Positions 49,626 through 60,184 of a DNA stretch of 64,000 nt are shown one piece after another. Below the pieces are notes generated by a model that was not told the DNA's origin, did no database searches, and was given only the letters and a program-made list of their open reading frames with translations. Each line of letters begins with the position of its first letter. Positions within the stretch are counted from its first letter, which is position 1. A program made the position numbers and the translations under genes. The stretch is from Thermodesulfovibrionia bacterium (GTDB lineage Bacteria > Nitrospirota > Thermodesulfovibrionia > UBA6902). The stretch is taken from the NCBI GenBank assembly GCA_038918635.1, contig JBCKZY010000001.1, positions 12,050 to 76,049 of the forward strand, read 5' to 3'.

Positions 49626-49648
49626 AAAGATAATCACAATTGGAGGAT

Positions 49649-50113
49649 ATGATGAAGATTTATGAAGGTGAACTCCTGGCAAAGGGACTTAAGTTTGCGA
49701 TAATAGTGAGTCGTTTCAATGATTTCATAACAAACAAGCTTCTTGACGGCGCCGTTGACGCCCTCTTAAGACACGGGGCAGTGGAACAGAATGTTGATAT
49801 AATAAAGGTCCCGGGGGCCTTTGAAATCCCGCTTGCGGCAAAGATCATTGCTGAAAAGAAAAAACACAACGCCATAATATGTCTGGGAACAATTATCAGA
49901 GGCGCAACTTCCCATTTTGAGTATGTTGCCGCTGAAGCAACAAAGGGGATTGCCACTGTCTCACTTGAAACAGGCCTTCCCATATCGTTCGGTATCCTGA
50001 CGACCGAATCGATAGAGCAGGCCGTGGAGAGAGCCGGTTCAAAAAGCGGAAACAAGGGATGGGATGCCGCTTTAGTGGCAATCGAGATGGCACAGCTTAT
50101 TAAGAGACTATAG
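49649..50113 (+). CDS. ribH: 6,7-dimethyl-8-ribityllumazine synthase
   Basis: [36 protein letters not shown] sits before the ATGATG at 49649/49652. Confidence 0.9.
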   Translation: MMKIYEGELLAKGLKFAIIVSRFNDFITNKLLDGAVDALLRHGAVEQNVDIIKVPGAFEIPLAAKIIAEKKKHNAIICLGTIIRGATSHFEYVAAEATKGIATVSLETGLPISFGILTTESIEQAVERAGSKSGNKGWDAALVAIEMAQLIKRL

Positions 50114-50304
50114 GCAGTAACCAGTTAACGGTGTCCAGTAACCGGTGAACGATAAACAGTGGACAATGACCAATAACCTATGACCAGTAATAGGACTGCC
50201 AAGTAGTCCCGTGCTTAGAGCATAGGGCTTAGTGCTTAAGGGCAATGATTCAATAACTTAATAACCAATTACCCGTTACCCGTCACTGTCTTAACTGTCT
50301 TATT

Positions 50305-50733
50305 ATGAGTAGACGCCGCGCAAGGGAATACGCCCTTCAGATATTATTCCAGATCGACCTTACATCTTCTGAGTTAAACCAGAAACTTAAGGATGACTTC
50401 TGGGAGGGAAACCGGGAAGATAACGACATTAAGGAGTTCACAGAATCAATCGTCAAGGGAACCATAGAGAATATCGCCAGCCTGGATGATGTTATCCAAA
50501 AAGCCGCTACAAACTGGCAGCTCGAAAGAATGGCAGTTATTGACAAGAACATCCTGAGGATAGCCGCGTACGAACTGATATACATGCCGGACATACCCCC
50601 TTCAGTCACCATCAACGAAGCTATCGAGATCTCAAAGAAATACTCGACAGAAGAGTCGGCATCTTTTATAAACGGAATACTTGACAGGATATCAAAGCTG
50701 CCCGGAAAAGAGGAAAAGGAGAATAAACAATAA
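50305..50733 (+). CDS. nusB: Transcription antitermination factor NusB
   Basis: RRRAREYALQILFQ, DKNILRIAAYEL, INEAIEISKKY. Confidence 0.85.
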   Translation: MSRRRAREYALQILFQIDLTSSELNQKLKDDFWEGNREDNDIKEFTESIVKGTIENIASLDDVIQKAATNWQLERMAVIDKNILRIAAYELIYMPDIPPSVTINEAIEISKKYSTEESASFINGILDRISKLPGKEEKENKQ

Positions 50734-50748
50734 ATCGAAAATGATGCA

Positions 50749-50959
50749 CTCGTAAAAAGTCGTCATACCCGCCCCGTATGAGAAACGGGATAAACTCCAG
50801 CGGGTATCCAGGGAATATGTAACTATTTAAAAATACTGGATTCCCGTTCCCTGCTTACTACCTGCTGGGACAAGCTTCACGGGCCTGTCCCGCCTGTCCC
50901 GATTATTCGGGGATGTGTCGGGGAATGACAATAAACTACTTTTCAGGATTTATTACGAG
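50749..50959. repeat. Full-length ~210-bp MITE (ctcgtaaaaagtcgtcat ... atttattacgag termini)
   Basis: The outer termini match 58830-58950 (inverted) and the short form at 40268-40310. The interior holds gtcataccc / gggaatgac and cctgtcccg modules. Confidence 0.8.
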
Positions 50960-51005
50960 TCTATCATCATTGACCAATAACCAGTATTTTTTTGAGGAGG
51001 CTGCC

Positions 51006-52307
51006 TTGATACCACGATATTCCAGACAGGAGATGAGCAAAATCTGGGAACCTCAAAACAGGTTTCAGAAGTGGCTTGATGTTGAGATAGCTGCGTGTGA
51101 AGCATGGGCAAAACTGGGGGAGATACCGAAAAAAAGCCTATCAATAATAAAAAAACGGGCTAAATTCAACATCTCAAGGATTGATAAAATAGAGAAGACC
51201 GTAAAGCATGATGTCATAGCCTTTTTAACATCTGTTTCTGAAAATGTCGGCCCTGAAGCCCGCTATATTCATAAAGGCCTCACTTCATCGGATATACTGG
51301 ATACTTCTCTGGCCATACTCATGAGAGAATCAGCCGATATTCTGATCAAAGATCTCAAAGACTTAATGGCGGTCTTGAAGAAGAACGCGTATAAGTACAG
51401 AGAGACCCTGCAGATGGGCAGAAGCCACGGAATCCATGCCGAACCCACCACCTTCGGCCTCACCTTTGCCCTCTGGTATGAAGAGATGAAGAGAAACATG
51501 GCCCGTCTGAAGACCGCAAGAGAGACTATAAGTTATGGAAAACTCTCAGGCCCTGTCGGGACATTCTCAAGCATCCCTCCTTCAATTGAGAATTATGTAT
51601 GCAAAAAACTCCGCTTAAAGCCCGCTCCGGTATCAACCCAGATCATTCAGAGGGACAGACACGCTGAATACATGAATGCGCTTGCTTTAACCGCTGCATC
51701 TATTGAGAAGATCGCTGTTGAGATCAGACACCTCCAGAGAACAGAGGTTTTGGAAGTAGAAGAACCCTTTGAAAAAGGGCAGAAAGGCTCCTCAGCCATG
51801 CCGCATAAAAGAAACCCGATAGGATCTGAAAACCTTTGCGGTCTCGCAAGGGTCGTGCGGTCAAACGCGATCGCCGCAATGGAAAATATCCCCCTGTGGC
51901 ATGAGAGGGACATCAGCCATTCTTCAGTTGAGAGGGTCATAATTCCCGATAGCGCTATACTGGTCGATTACATGCTCGCAAGGTTAACGAACATACTTAA
52001 GGACCTACAGGTTTATCCCCAAGCAATGCGTGAAAATATTGACAGAAGCCACGGGCTTTACTGTTCTCAACGCGTGCTCCTGAGTCTTGTGGAGAAGGGC
52101 CTGAGCCGGGAAGATGCCTATAGCCTTGTTCAGAAGAAGGCGATGCTGAGCTGGCAGAAGAAGAAGGATTTTAAAGAGACGCTTATGAAAGACGCGCTTA
52201 TAGGTAAATATCTTTCGGTCAAGGATCTGGATAGGATATTCGATCTCTCCTATTACCTGAAGAACGTGAATTATATATATAAAAGGGTGTTTGGAAAGCA
52301 AGGGTAA
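51006..52307 (+). CDS. purB: Adenylosuccinate lyase
   Basis: The canonical N-terminus (M)IPRYSRQEMSKIW requires the TTG at 51006, 6 nt after GAGGAGG. SSAMPHKRNP signature present. The track start at 50913 lies inside the MITE. Confidence 0.9.
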   Translation: MIPRYSRQEMSKIWEPQNRFQKWLDVEIAACEAWAKLGEIPKKSLSIIKKRAKFNISRIDKIEKTVKHDVIAFLTSVSENVGPEARYIHKGLTSSDILDTSLAILMRESADILIKDLKDLMAVLKKNAYKYRETLQMGRSHGIHAEPTTFGLTFALWYEEMKRNMARLKTARETISYGKLSGPVGTFSSIPPSIENYVCKKLRLKPAPVSTQIIQRDRHAEYMNALALTAASIEKIAVEIRHLQRTEVLEVEEPFEKGQKGSSAMPHKRNPIGSENLCGLARVVRSNAIAAMENIPLWHERDISHSSVERVIIPDSAILVDYMLARLTNILKDLQVYPQAMRENIDRSHGLYCSQRVLLSLVEKGLSREDAYSLVQKKAMLSWQKKKDFKETLMKDALIGKYLSVKDLDRIFDLSYYLKNVNYIYKRVFGKQG

Positions 52308-52421
52308 TTATAAAGAAGTTATTAGTTGTTTGTTGTGAGATTAATTATGAAAACCTGAAGCCTGCTTCAAGAAATAACCAGTTCAATAACTAGTAATAAC
52401 GTTTATTAGAGACTTCTCTTA

Positions 52422-53519
52422 TTACTTCTGCAATTTCCCGTCTTTTAACAATATCTTTCTCACTTTATTGCTGTGTATCAGCGTAACCGTCGGTTTAAAG
52501 AAAATAAAATCCTGGTGGAACGGCGTTCTCACCTTCCCTCCGAAAGAGCTGTTATCCCCCAGCGCTATATGAATGGTACCCAATATCTTCTCTGATTCAA
52601 GGATGTTATCAGGCCTTGAGGCCATATTATTGGTACCTATCCCCAGCTCCGCAATGTTTGCGTTTTCCGGTCTCTTTGAGATCATCTCCTTCAGGTAACC
52701 TGTATATCTTTCACTTCCCTCAACTGACTGTACCTTCCCTTTTTCTATATTAAGGATTATACTGCTCCTCAATTTTCTTGTCGGTGCCCATTCAAGTACC
52801 AGCCTGCCACTGGATGTCCCTTCAAGCGGGGCCAGATAAACCTCTCCAGCTGGCAGGTTGCTGAATTCACCGGGTTTTCTTATTATTCCCGTATCTGACC
52901 CTACTTCCCTACCGCTCTTCTTCAATGTCAGTGATGTACCATTAGGCGTAATTATCTCTATAAAATCACACTTTTTTACCCTGCCGGCTATCTTATTTGT
53001 CCTTTTATACATCTCTTTCCAGTCAACTCTCATTGCTGTCCTGAGCATCGACTCATCAAAAATAGGCATACTGGCATAGCGTGTACCGCATAATCTGGTA
53101 AGCAGGTCCCTGAAGCTTGTATGGGATGTTGAATGATAGGAGAGTGCCACTACAACATTCACAGCCTCTTCTTTAAACCTCCTCACAACCCTTTCAGTCT
53201 CTTTCTGATCTTTTCCGGTTGCTCTCTTTTTTATAATTGCATCTAATATTTTATTTTTCTTCAATTCGTTAAAGATATTACTTCCGAATGCCGCAAGCCA
53301 CAGTTCTTCAGGAGGCTCGGATCCGTGACTGTCCGTTTTTGTAAAACTGACAAGGTTAATATCTGTTGTGAAGTTCTTACCTGCTTCTGTAAAGAGTTTT
53401 GCGATATTATTCAGTCTGCCTCTTTTACTGTCAGTGAAGACTATAACTTTTTCTCTTTTCTTTACGCCAAGGTTAGTTTTAAATACCTCTTTAATTGTAT
53501 TTTTGTCTGTTGAGTTCAT
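52422..53519 (-). CDS. M29-family (aminopeptidase T/AmpS-like) aminopeptidase candidate
   Basis: GEVYLAP, AELGIGTN, ESEKILGTIHIALG resemble M29 metal-binding blocks. Assigned from memory of the family. Confidence 0.5.
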   Translation of the reverse strand: MNSTDKNTIKEVFKTNLGVKKREKVIVFTDSKRGRLNNIAKLFTEAGKNFTTDINLVSFTKTDSHGSEPPEELWLAAFGSNIFNELKKNKILDAIIKKRATGKDQKETERVVRRFKEEAVNVVVALSYHSTSHTSFRDLLTRLCGTRYASMPIFDESMLRTAMRVDWKEMYKRTNKIAGRVKKCDFIEIITPNGTSLTLKKSGREVGSDTGIIRKPGEFSNLPAGEVYLAPLEGTSSGRLVLEWAPTRKLRSSIILNIEKGKVQSVEGSERYTGYLKEMISKRPENANIAELGIGTNNMASRPDNILESEKILGTIHIALGDNSSFGGKVRTPFHQDFIFFKPTVTLIHSNKVRKILLKDGKLQK

Positions 53520-53794
53520 ATTTTCTGACAGGATTAACAGGATATAGAAGATTTTTTCTCTTCTTTCTTTTATTTTATCCTGAACATCTTGTATATGTTG
53601 TCTAATAAGTTTCGCCGAAGGCGTTTAAGTTTTTTTAGTTAACACATTAACGTTCTTTTCTTATTATAATATTATATATATTTAAGAATAATAGTAAGAA
53701 TAAGGATGTTGATAATGTTAGTAAGTATATAACCTGATCAATAAATAAAAGAAATTCAGGTGTTGGTTTTTCGTTGATAGTATTATATGTAATC

Positions 53795-53823
53795 TTGACA
53801 AATTACAACTAAAATGATAAATT
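53795..53823 (+). promoter_or_regulatory. Candidate sigma70-type promoter in the AT-rich gap upstream of serC
   Basis: TTGACA, a 17-nt spacer, then TAAATT. This would give a ~230-nt leader. Pattern match only. Confidence 0.25.
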
Positions 53824-54055
53824 TCTAAGTCGGTAATAACACTTTCTGTTTCCTAAGTCTCTGTCGTATAACTATATTAACAACGTTATCTCAGGAATGG
53901 TATGCAATGGTGTAAAAGTCCTATACGTTGTTTAATGTGGATTATTCACAAACGCTCAACAGTTTTTGTACCTGTTATAATTAAATTGATAAATAGGGTT
54001 CAAGGATTCAAGGGGTCCAGGAGTCAAGTGAAAGGATCAAAAAAGGGAGATATTT

Positions 54056-55138
54056 ATGTCTAGAGTTTACAATTTCAGCGCCGGTCCGGCCATGCTGCCG
54101 AAAAAGGTGATAGAACAGGCTGCCGGGGAGATGACAGACTGGCAAGGGACAGGTATGTCTGTAATGGAGATGAGCCACAGGAGTAAGGAGTTTATATCTA
54201 TTGCCGAAAAAGCTGAATCTGATCTCAGGGAGATAATGGCAATTCCTGATAACTACAGGGTTTTATTCCTGCAGGGAGGGGCATCAAGCCAGTTTGCCAT
54301 GGTACCGATGAACCTGTTGATAGGCAAAGAGACAGCGGATTATATAAATACCGGTCAGTGGTCCAAAAAAGCGATTGCTGAGGCGGAGCTCTTTTGCAGA
54401 ATAAATATAGCGGCTTCCGGTGAATCCGGTAATTTCACGGGTATTCCACAACTTAAAGACTGGTCTCTTAACATTGATGCCGCTTATGTTCACTATACAC
54501 CCAATGAGACGATCGGCGGGGTTGAGTTCCATTCAATCCCTGAAGTCGGCAACGTGCCTCTTGTGGCAGATATGTCTTCAACTATACTCTCCCGTCCCAT
54601 CGATATCTCAAAATACGGTGTAATATATGCTGGGGCACAGAAGAATATCGGTCCCGCGGGGCTTACCGTTGTGATAATAAGAGATGATCTTATCGGTCAT
54701 GAAAGACCCGGTACCCCTAAAATGTTCTGCTACAGTATACATTCCAAGGCCAAATCGATGTATAATACACCGCCGACATACAGCTGGTATATTGCAGGTC
54801 TGGTCTTCGCGTGGATAAAAGATCTGGGAGGTCTGGAGGCGATGGCTGAGATAAACCGGCGCAAGACCGGTAAGTTGTACTCAGCCATTGACAATTCTGA
54901 ATTCTATAGCAACCCGGTTGACCCGGACTGCCGCTCATGGATGAACGTCCCATTTACGCTGGCCGATCCCGGGCTGGACGGCAGGTTCCTTGAAGAGGCG
55001 GCATTAGCGGGCCTCATAACACTCAAAGGTCATAGATCAGTCGGCGGGATGCGCGCGAGCATATATAACGCAATGCCCGAAGAGGGTGTGGATGCGTTAG
55101 TAGGCTTCATGGCCGACTTTGAGAAGAAGAAGGGGTGA
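54056..55138 (+). CDS. serC: Phosphoserine aminotransferase
   Basis: YNFSAGPAMLP, EMSHRSKEF, GGASSQF, AQKNIGPAG (PLP Lys), GGMRASIYNAM. Confidence 0.9.
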   Translation: MSRVYNFSAGPAMLPKKVIEQAAGEMTDWQGTGMSVMEMSHRSKEFISIAEKAESDLREIMAIPDNYRVLFLQGGASSQFAMVPMNLLIGKETADYINTGQWSKKAIAEAELFCRINIAASGESGNFTGIPQLKDWSLNIDAAYVHYTPNETIGGVEFHSIPEVGNVPLVADMSSTILSRPIDISKYGVIYAGAQKNIGPAGLTVVIIRDDLIGHERPGTPKMFCYSIHSKAKSMYNTPPTYSWYIAGLVFAWIKDLGGLEAMAEINRRKTGKLYSAIDNSEFYSNPVDPDCRSWMNVPFTLADPGLDGRFLEEAALAGLITLKGHRSVGGMRASIYNAMPEEGVDALVGFMADFEKKKG

Positions 55139-55307
55139 AACAAAAAAGGTAATCGGTTATTGGTTATAGGTGATGGGTAAAAGAGAACAGCCAGTAAACA
55201 ATAACTAATAAACAGTTGCCGGTGAAAAGAAAACAGTAAGTGAAGCTCCCCGTCTACAAGGCGGAGCTTTAAAATAATATTTTACTAATGATATTTTAAT
55301 CTGTATT

Positions 55308-55364
55308 CCCCTCTTTGCCAAAGACCCGTTGCTCCGCCCCGAGGCGAGGGGGTTAGGGGAGATT
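55308..55364 (+). repeat. 58-bp conserved repeat core, within the composite element 55240-55545
   Basis: See 31270-31328. Confidence 0.85.
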
Positions 55365-55608
55365 ATTAAAACAAATTATTAAATTTTTAATACCCCACAG
55401 TCTCGCTTAGAAGCGCCTACTTCTGGCTGCTGTGGGGTTTCCTCTTAATCCCCACTTTGGAAAAGGGGGAAACTTGAAAGGAGAACTTTTCATCTCCGTT
55501 TACAAAACGGGGTATTTAAGTTCATTTTTCATAAAGTATGGTAAACTCTATAGGTTGGTCAATGACCTATAACCTATGACCTATAACCTGTTTACCGTTC
55601 ACTAACCT

Positions 55609-57192
55609 ATGAAAGTTCTTGTAAGCGACAACATATCTCCAAAGGGTGTTGATATCCTGAAGAAGGCCGGGCTTGAGGTTGATGTACATACAGGTCTCAG
55701 CCCTGAGGAGCTCAAAAAAGAGATAGGAAAGTATGACGCCCTTATCATCAGGAGCGCGACAAAGGTGACAGCCGAAATTATTGAGGCCGCCGGTAACCTG
55801 AAGGTGATCGGCCGGGCCGGTTCGGGGCTGGATAATGTTGACAGAGTCGCCGCCACAAAAAAGGGGATCGTTGTGATGAATACGCCCGGCGGAAATACCA
55901 TCACGACCGCAGAACACGCGGTCTCCCTTATGCTCTCCATGGCGAGACAGATACCGCAGGCTACCGCCTCCATGAAGGCGGGCAAGTGGGAGAAGAAGAA
56001 GTTCCGGGGCGTAGAGCTCTACGGCAAGACCCTCGGTATTATGGGGCTCGGCAACATCGGGGCGCATGTCGCCAGGGTTGCCCAGGGGATGGGGATGAAT
56101 GTAATAACCCATGACCCGTTTTTAAGTGAAGAGAAGGCAAAACGGCTGGGAGTCAAAGCGGTTGCGCTTGACGCACTGATAGGGAGTTCGGATTTTATCA
56201 CGATCCACACCCCTTTAACCAAAGAGACTAAGGGATGCATTAATAAAGAGAGCATATCAAGGATGAAGGACGGAGTAAGGATCATCAATGCCGCGCGCGG
56301 CGGCATAGTGGATGAAGGGGCCCTCTGTGAAGCGCTCAAGTCAGGCAAGGTGGCGGCAGCTGCCTTTGATGTCTTTGAGAAGGAGCCCCCTGAGGGTTCA
56401 CCCCTTCTGGAGCTGGACAATATGGTCACAACGCCTCACTTAGGGGCCTCGACTGACGAGGCGCAGGAGAACGTCGCTACAGCCGTTTCAGAACAGATAG
56501 TGGATTTCCTGTTACACGGGACCATAAGAAACGCGGTCAATATCCCATCGGTCTCAGCGGACCTCCTGCCGGGTATTCAGCCCTACATGAATCTTGCCGA
56601 ACGTCTCGGCAGCTTTCTCGCCCAGACCTTTGAAGGCGGGATCGAAGAGGTGACGATTGAGTACAGGGGAGAGGTCGCGAAGCTTCTGCCTGAGCCTATA
56701 AAGATAGCTGTTCTGAAGGGACTGCTGGAGCCTGTACTTGAGGAGACGGTGAACCTGGTCAATGCGCCTCTGATCGCTAAAGACAGGGGGATTGATGTAA
56801 GGGAGACAACAACGGATGAAGCGGGCGAGTATCACAGTATGCTCGTTATAAAGGTACGGGCCGGATCAAAGGAGAGCGCTGTCTCAGGGGTGCTTCATGG
56901 AAAGAATGCCCCGCGTATAATAACGATTGATTCACATGTGATAGAGGTTGTTCCACGCGGATACATGCTGTTTCTTACAAACAATGACAAGCCGGGTGTT
57001 ATCGGGGACGTTGGAACACTGCTTGGAAAGAACAGGATTAACATAGCCAGAATGCAGTTTGGCCGTGAAAATGAAGGCGGGATAGCCATCTCTGTCGTGA
57101 GTATAGATTCACCTGCTTCCAAAGAGATTCTCTCAGATATAAAAAAGCTTCCAAATGTACTCACAGTAAAGCAGATCCATATGCCGCAATAG
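55609..57192 (+). CDS. serA: D-3-phosphoglycerate dehydrogenase (long form with ACT domain)
   Basis: GRAGSGLDNVD, GIMGLGNIG, HTPLT, ARGGIVDE, TPHLGAST, and a C-terminal ACT domain. Confidence 0.9.
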   Translation: MKVLVSDNISPKGVDILKKAGLEVDVHTGLSPEELKKEIGKYDALIIRSATKVTAEIIEAAGNLKVIGRAGSGLDNVDRVAATKKGIVVMNTPGGNTITTAEHAVSLMLSMARQIPQATASMKAGKWEKKKFRGVELYGKTLGIMGLGNIGAHVARVAQGMGMNVITHDPFLSEEKAKRLGVKAVALDALIGSSDFITIHTPLTKETKGCINKESISRMKDGVRIINAARGGIVDEGALCEALKSGKVAAAAFDVFEKEPPEGSPLLELDNMVTTPHLGASTDEAQENVATAVSEQIVDFLLHGTIRNAVNIPSVSADLLPGIQPYMNLAERLGSFLAQTFEGGIEEVTIEYRGEVAKLLPEPIKIAVLKGLLEPVLEETVNLVNAPLIAKDRGIDVRETTTDEAGEYHSMLVIKVRAGSKESAVSGVLHGKNAPRIITIDSHVIEVVPRGYMLFLTNNDKPGVIGDVGTLLGKNRINIARMQFGRENEGGIAISVVSIDSPASKEILSDIKKLPNVLTVKQIHMPQ

Positions 57193-57318
57193 AAGGGTAA
57201 GGGGTTATTGGTAATAGGTGATAAGAAGAGAATAGAAGAACGGTAATTGGTTGTCAGTGATCAATAACCTATAACCAATGACCAATAACCAAAATATTCC
57301 AATCCGTATTCAGCATAA

Positions 57319-58671
<1,353 letters not shown>

Positions 58672-58829
58672 GTAAGTCAGTTGCCGGTTGTCAGTTGTCG
58701 GTTATCAGTTTTTAGTTTCTAAAATAACCAATTACCCATCACCTATCACTGTCTTTTTTCACCCCGTTTGTGATATAGTGATAAGCTGTTTTTTACACCG
58801 GATATTTTGTTATACTAAACATTGACAAA

Positions 58830-58950
58830 CTCGTAATAAATCCTGGAAAGTAGTTTTTTGTCATTCTCGTGGAAACGGGAATCCAGTCTTCTAAAGTAGT
58901 TACATATTTTCTGGATACCCGCTTTCGCGGGTATGACGACTTTTTACGAG
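58830..58950. repeat. MITE, same family as 50749-50959 (opposite orientation, shorter)
   Basis: ctcgtaataaatcctggaaagtag...gtcattctcg...gggtatgacgactttttacgag. Confidence 0.8.
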
Positions 58951-58993
58951 TGCATCAACATTGTTCTTTTAAAACTTTATACTGTTTATACGT

Positions 58994-59069
58994 GGGCCGC
59001 TAGCTCAGTTGGTAGAGCAACGCCCTTTTAAGGCGTGGGTCGTTGGTTCGAATCCAACGCGGCTCACCA
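58994..59069 (+). tRNA. tRNA-Lys (anticodon UUU), CCA encoded
   Basis: The cloverleaf folds by hand: acceptor gggccgc/gcggctc, D arm gctc..gagc, anticodon stem acgcc/ggcgt with loop cTTTTaa, T arm gttgg-ttcgaat-ccaac. Confidence 0.9.
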
Positions 59070-59214
59070 TTTATACTGCAGCTAACAGTTCACCGTTGAC
59101 TGTTGATTATTAACCAGTCACTGATAACTGGTAATAGTTGCTGGTTTTTTCGCTTTGTTTGTGAATGGTTTTTAACTGGCAACTGTTAACTGACAACTGT
59201 TAACTGTTTTTGAT

Positions 59215-59292
59215 GTCCCCATCGTCTAGTCTGGCCTAGGACACCGCCCTTTCACGGCGGCGACAGGGGTTCAAATCCCCTTGGGGACGCCA
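59215..59292 (+). tRNA. tRNA-Glu (anticodon UUC), CCA encoded
   Basis: Acceptor gtcccca/tggggac, anticodon stem ccgcc/ggcgg with loop cTTTCac, T arm agggg-ttcaaat-cccct. Confidence 0.9.
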
Positions 59293-59303
59293 GAACTATA
59301 TTG

Positions 59304-59338
59304 AGGGCTGCACCGAAGAGGCGCAGTCCTTTTTTTTT
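59304..59338 (+). terminator. Rho-independent terminator after tRNA-Glu
   Basis: Imperfect hairpin gggctgcacc-gaag-aggcgcagtcc followed by T9. Confidence 0.6.
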
Positions 59339-59409
59339 GGGTTCTCCGCACAACTCTTCAGAGTTTGCGAGACCTCGCCTCCGGCGGGAAATCCCCTTGG
59401 GGACGCCAG
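59339..59409 (+). other. Pseudo 3'-half of tRNA-Glu, unit 1 (T-arm + acceptor 3' strand, with a 44-nt insert in the T-loop)
   Basis: gggttc | tccgcacaactcttcagagtttgcgagacctcgcctccggcggg | aaatccccttggggacgccag. Confidence 0.75.
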
Positions 59410-59418
59410 CAATTTCAA

Positions 59419-59446
59419 GGGGTTACGGAAACGTGACCCCCTTTTT
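59419..59446 (+). terminator. Rho-independent terminator (GAAA tetraloop hairpin + T5)
   Basis: ggggttacg-gaaa-cgtgacccc then cttttt. Confidence 0.6.
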
Positions 59447-59457
59447 AGAGTGTGTTA

Positions 59458-59540
59458 GACAGGGGTTCTCCACCAAATTCTGTAGAATTTGGTGAGATCT
59501 CGCCTACGGCGGAAAATCCGATATCCCTTGGGGACGCCAG
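59458..59540 (+). other. Pseudo 3'-half of tRNA-Glu, unit 2 (45-nt T-loop insert containing a perfect 10-bp hairpin)
   Basis: gacaggggttc | tccaccaaattctgtagaatttggtgagatctcgcctacggcgga | aaatccgatatcccttggggacgccag. Confidence 0.75.
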
Positions 59541-59551
59541 ATATTTATGAA

Positions 59552-59577
59552 GGGCTTGCGAAAGCGGGCCCTTTTTT
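59552..59577 (+). terminator. Rho-independent terminator (GAAA tetraloop hairpin + T6)
   Basis: gggcttgc-gaaa-gcgggccc then tttttt. Confidence 0.6.
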
Positions 59578-59582
59578 GTTTT

Positions 59583-59637
59583 GACAGGGGTTCTCGTAGA
59601 TCTCGCCTACGGCGGAAAATCCCCTTGGGGACGCCAG
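59583..59637 (+). other. Pseudo 3'-half of tRNA-Glu, unit 3 (23-nt T-loop insert)
   Basis: gacaggggttc | tcgtagatctcgcctacggcgga | aaatccccttggggacgccag, followed by the same spacer and hairpin as unit 1. Confidence 0.75.
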
Positions 59638-59646
59638 CAATTTCAA

Positions 59647-59684
59647 GGGGTTACGGAAACGTGACCCCTTTCTTCTTTTTCTTT
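59647..59684 (+). terminator. Rho-independent terminator (copy of 59419-59446)
   Basis: ggggttacg-gaaa-cgtgacccc followed by a T-rich tract. Confidence 0.55.
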
Positions 59685-59805
59685 GTGTACAATTTAATAT
59701 CCCTTTCAAGGATATGAATGTAAGGAAGTGCGTTTATTATATCCGTTCATTAACATGAACTATTCATTCGGTGAGGTCTGATGTCAATAGTGGACACCAA
59801 ATGGC

Positions 59806-59940
59806 TCATGCTGATAATCTTTTTTCATAGAACTTTTTCTCATAAGCAGCAGGCGATAGATACCCCAGACGCTTCTGCCTTCTCTGACGGTTATAGAATA
59901 TCTCTATGTACTCTGTAATATCCTGAATTGCTTCCTTCCT
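59806..59940 (-). pseudogene. IS3-family transposase, extreme C-terminal fragment
   Basis: EAIQDITEYIEIFYNRQRRQKRLGYLSPAAYEKKF matches the conserved IS3 integrase-core tail (YNxxRxHxxLGYxSPxxF pattern). Nothing of the element lies upstream. Confidence 0.65.
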
Positions 59941-60184
59941 GGTCCAAATGATCATCGTACCAAGGCAGCCAACGTCTATCCGAGTAAGAGGCAAGGCTTT
60001 CATTGTCATTGCCGCAGGCTTCTTCCATAGTTATTGCCCAAGCGGAAGAAACAGAGAAATACATGGCAAATAAAATCGCCATGCCAAGGATGACCGGATA
60101 TTTTCGAGATGTGATATTCATCAAGTAGACCGCTGCATCTTGTGCTACCTAGTCTGAGAAGTAATTATTTCCCCTGGGACTTTT

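Noticed and set aside
47137-49648. FMN riboswitch upstream of the rib genes
   Set aside because: ribE is translationally coupled to the upstream small ORF. The ribBA-ribH gap is filled with recognisable repeat modules, and I could not find the conserved FMN-element core by eye. An Infernal scan would be decisive.
55567-56429. Long antisense ORFs opposite serA (55567-56112, 55602-55985, 56019-56429), and similar ones opposite mdh, IDH, CNNM, recQ, lepA, purA, Yip1 and the 583-aa lipoprotein
   Set aside because: These are typical shadow frames of moderately GC-rich genes. In every case the sense-strand protein carries unambiguous family motifs.
59339-59637. Pseudo tRNA-Glu units as intron-containing or split tRNA genes
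   Set aside because: They lack the 5' acceptor strand, D arm and anticodon arm, so no cloverleaf can be drawn. The insert is in the T-loop, where I know of no bacterial tRNA introns.
59891-60124. ORF 59891-60124 as an intact small secreted protein
   Set aside because: Only the first ~38 aa (signal peptide) are unique. The rest is read from the IS3 fragment in another frame, so this is a truncated remnant at best.
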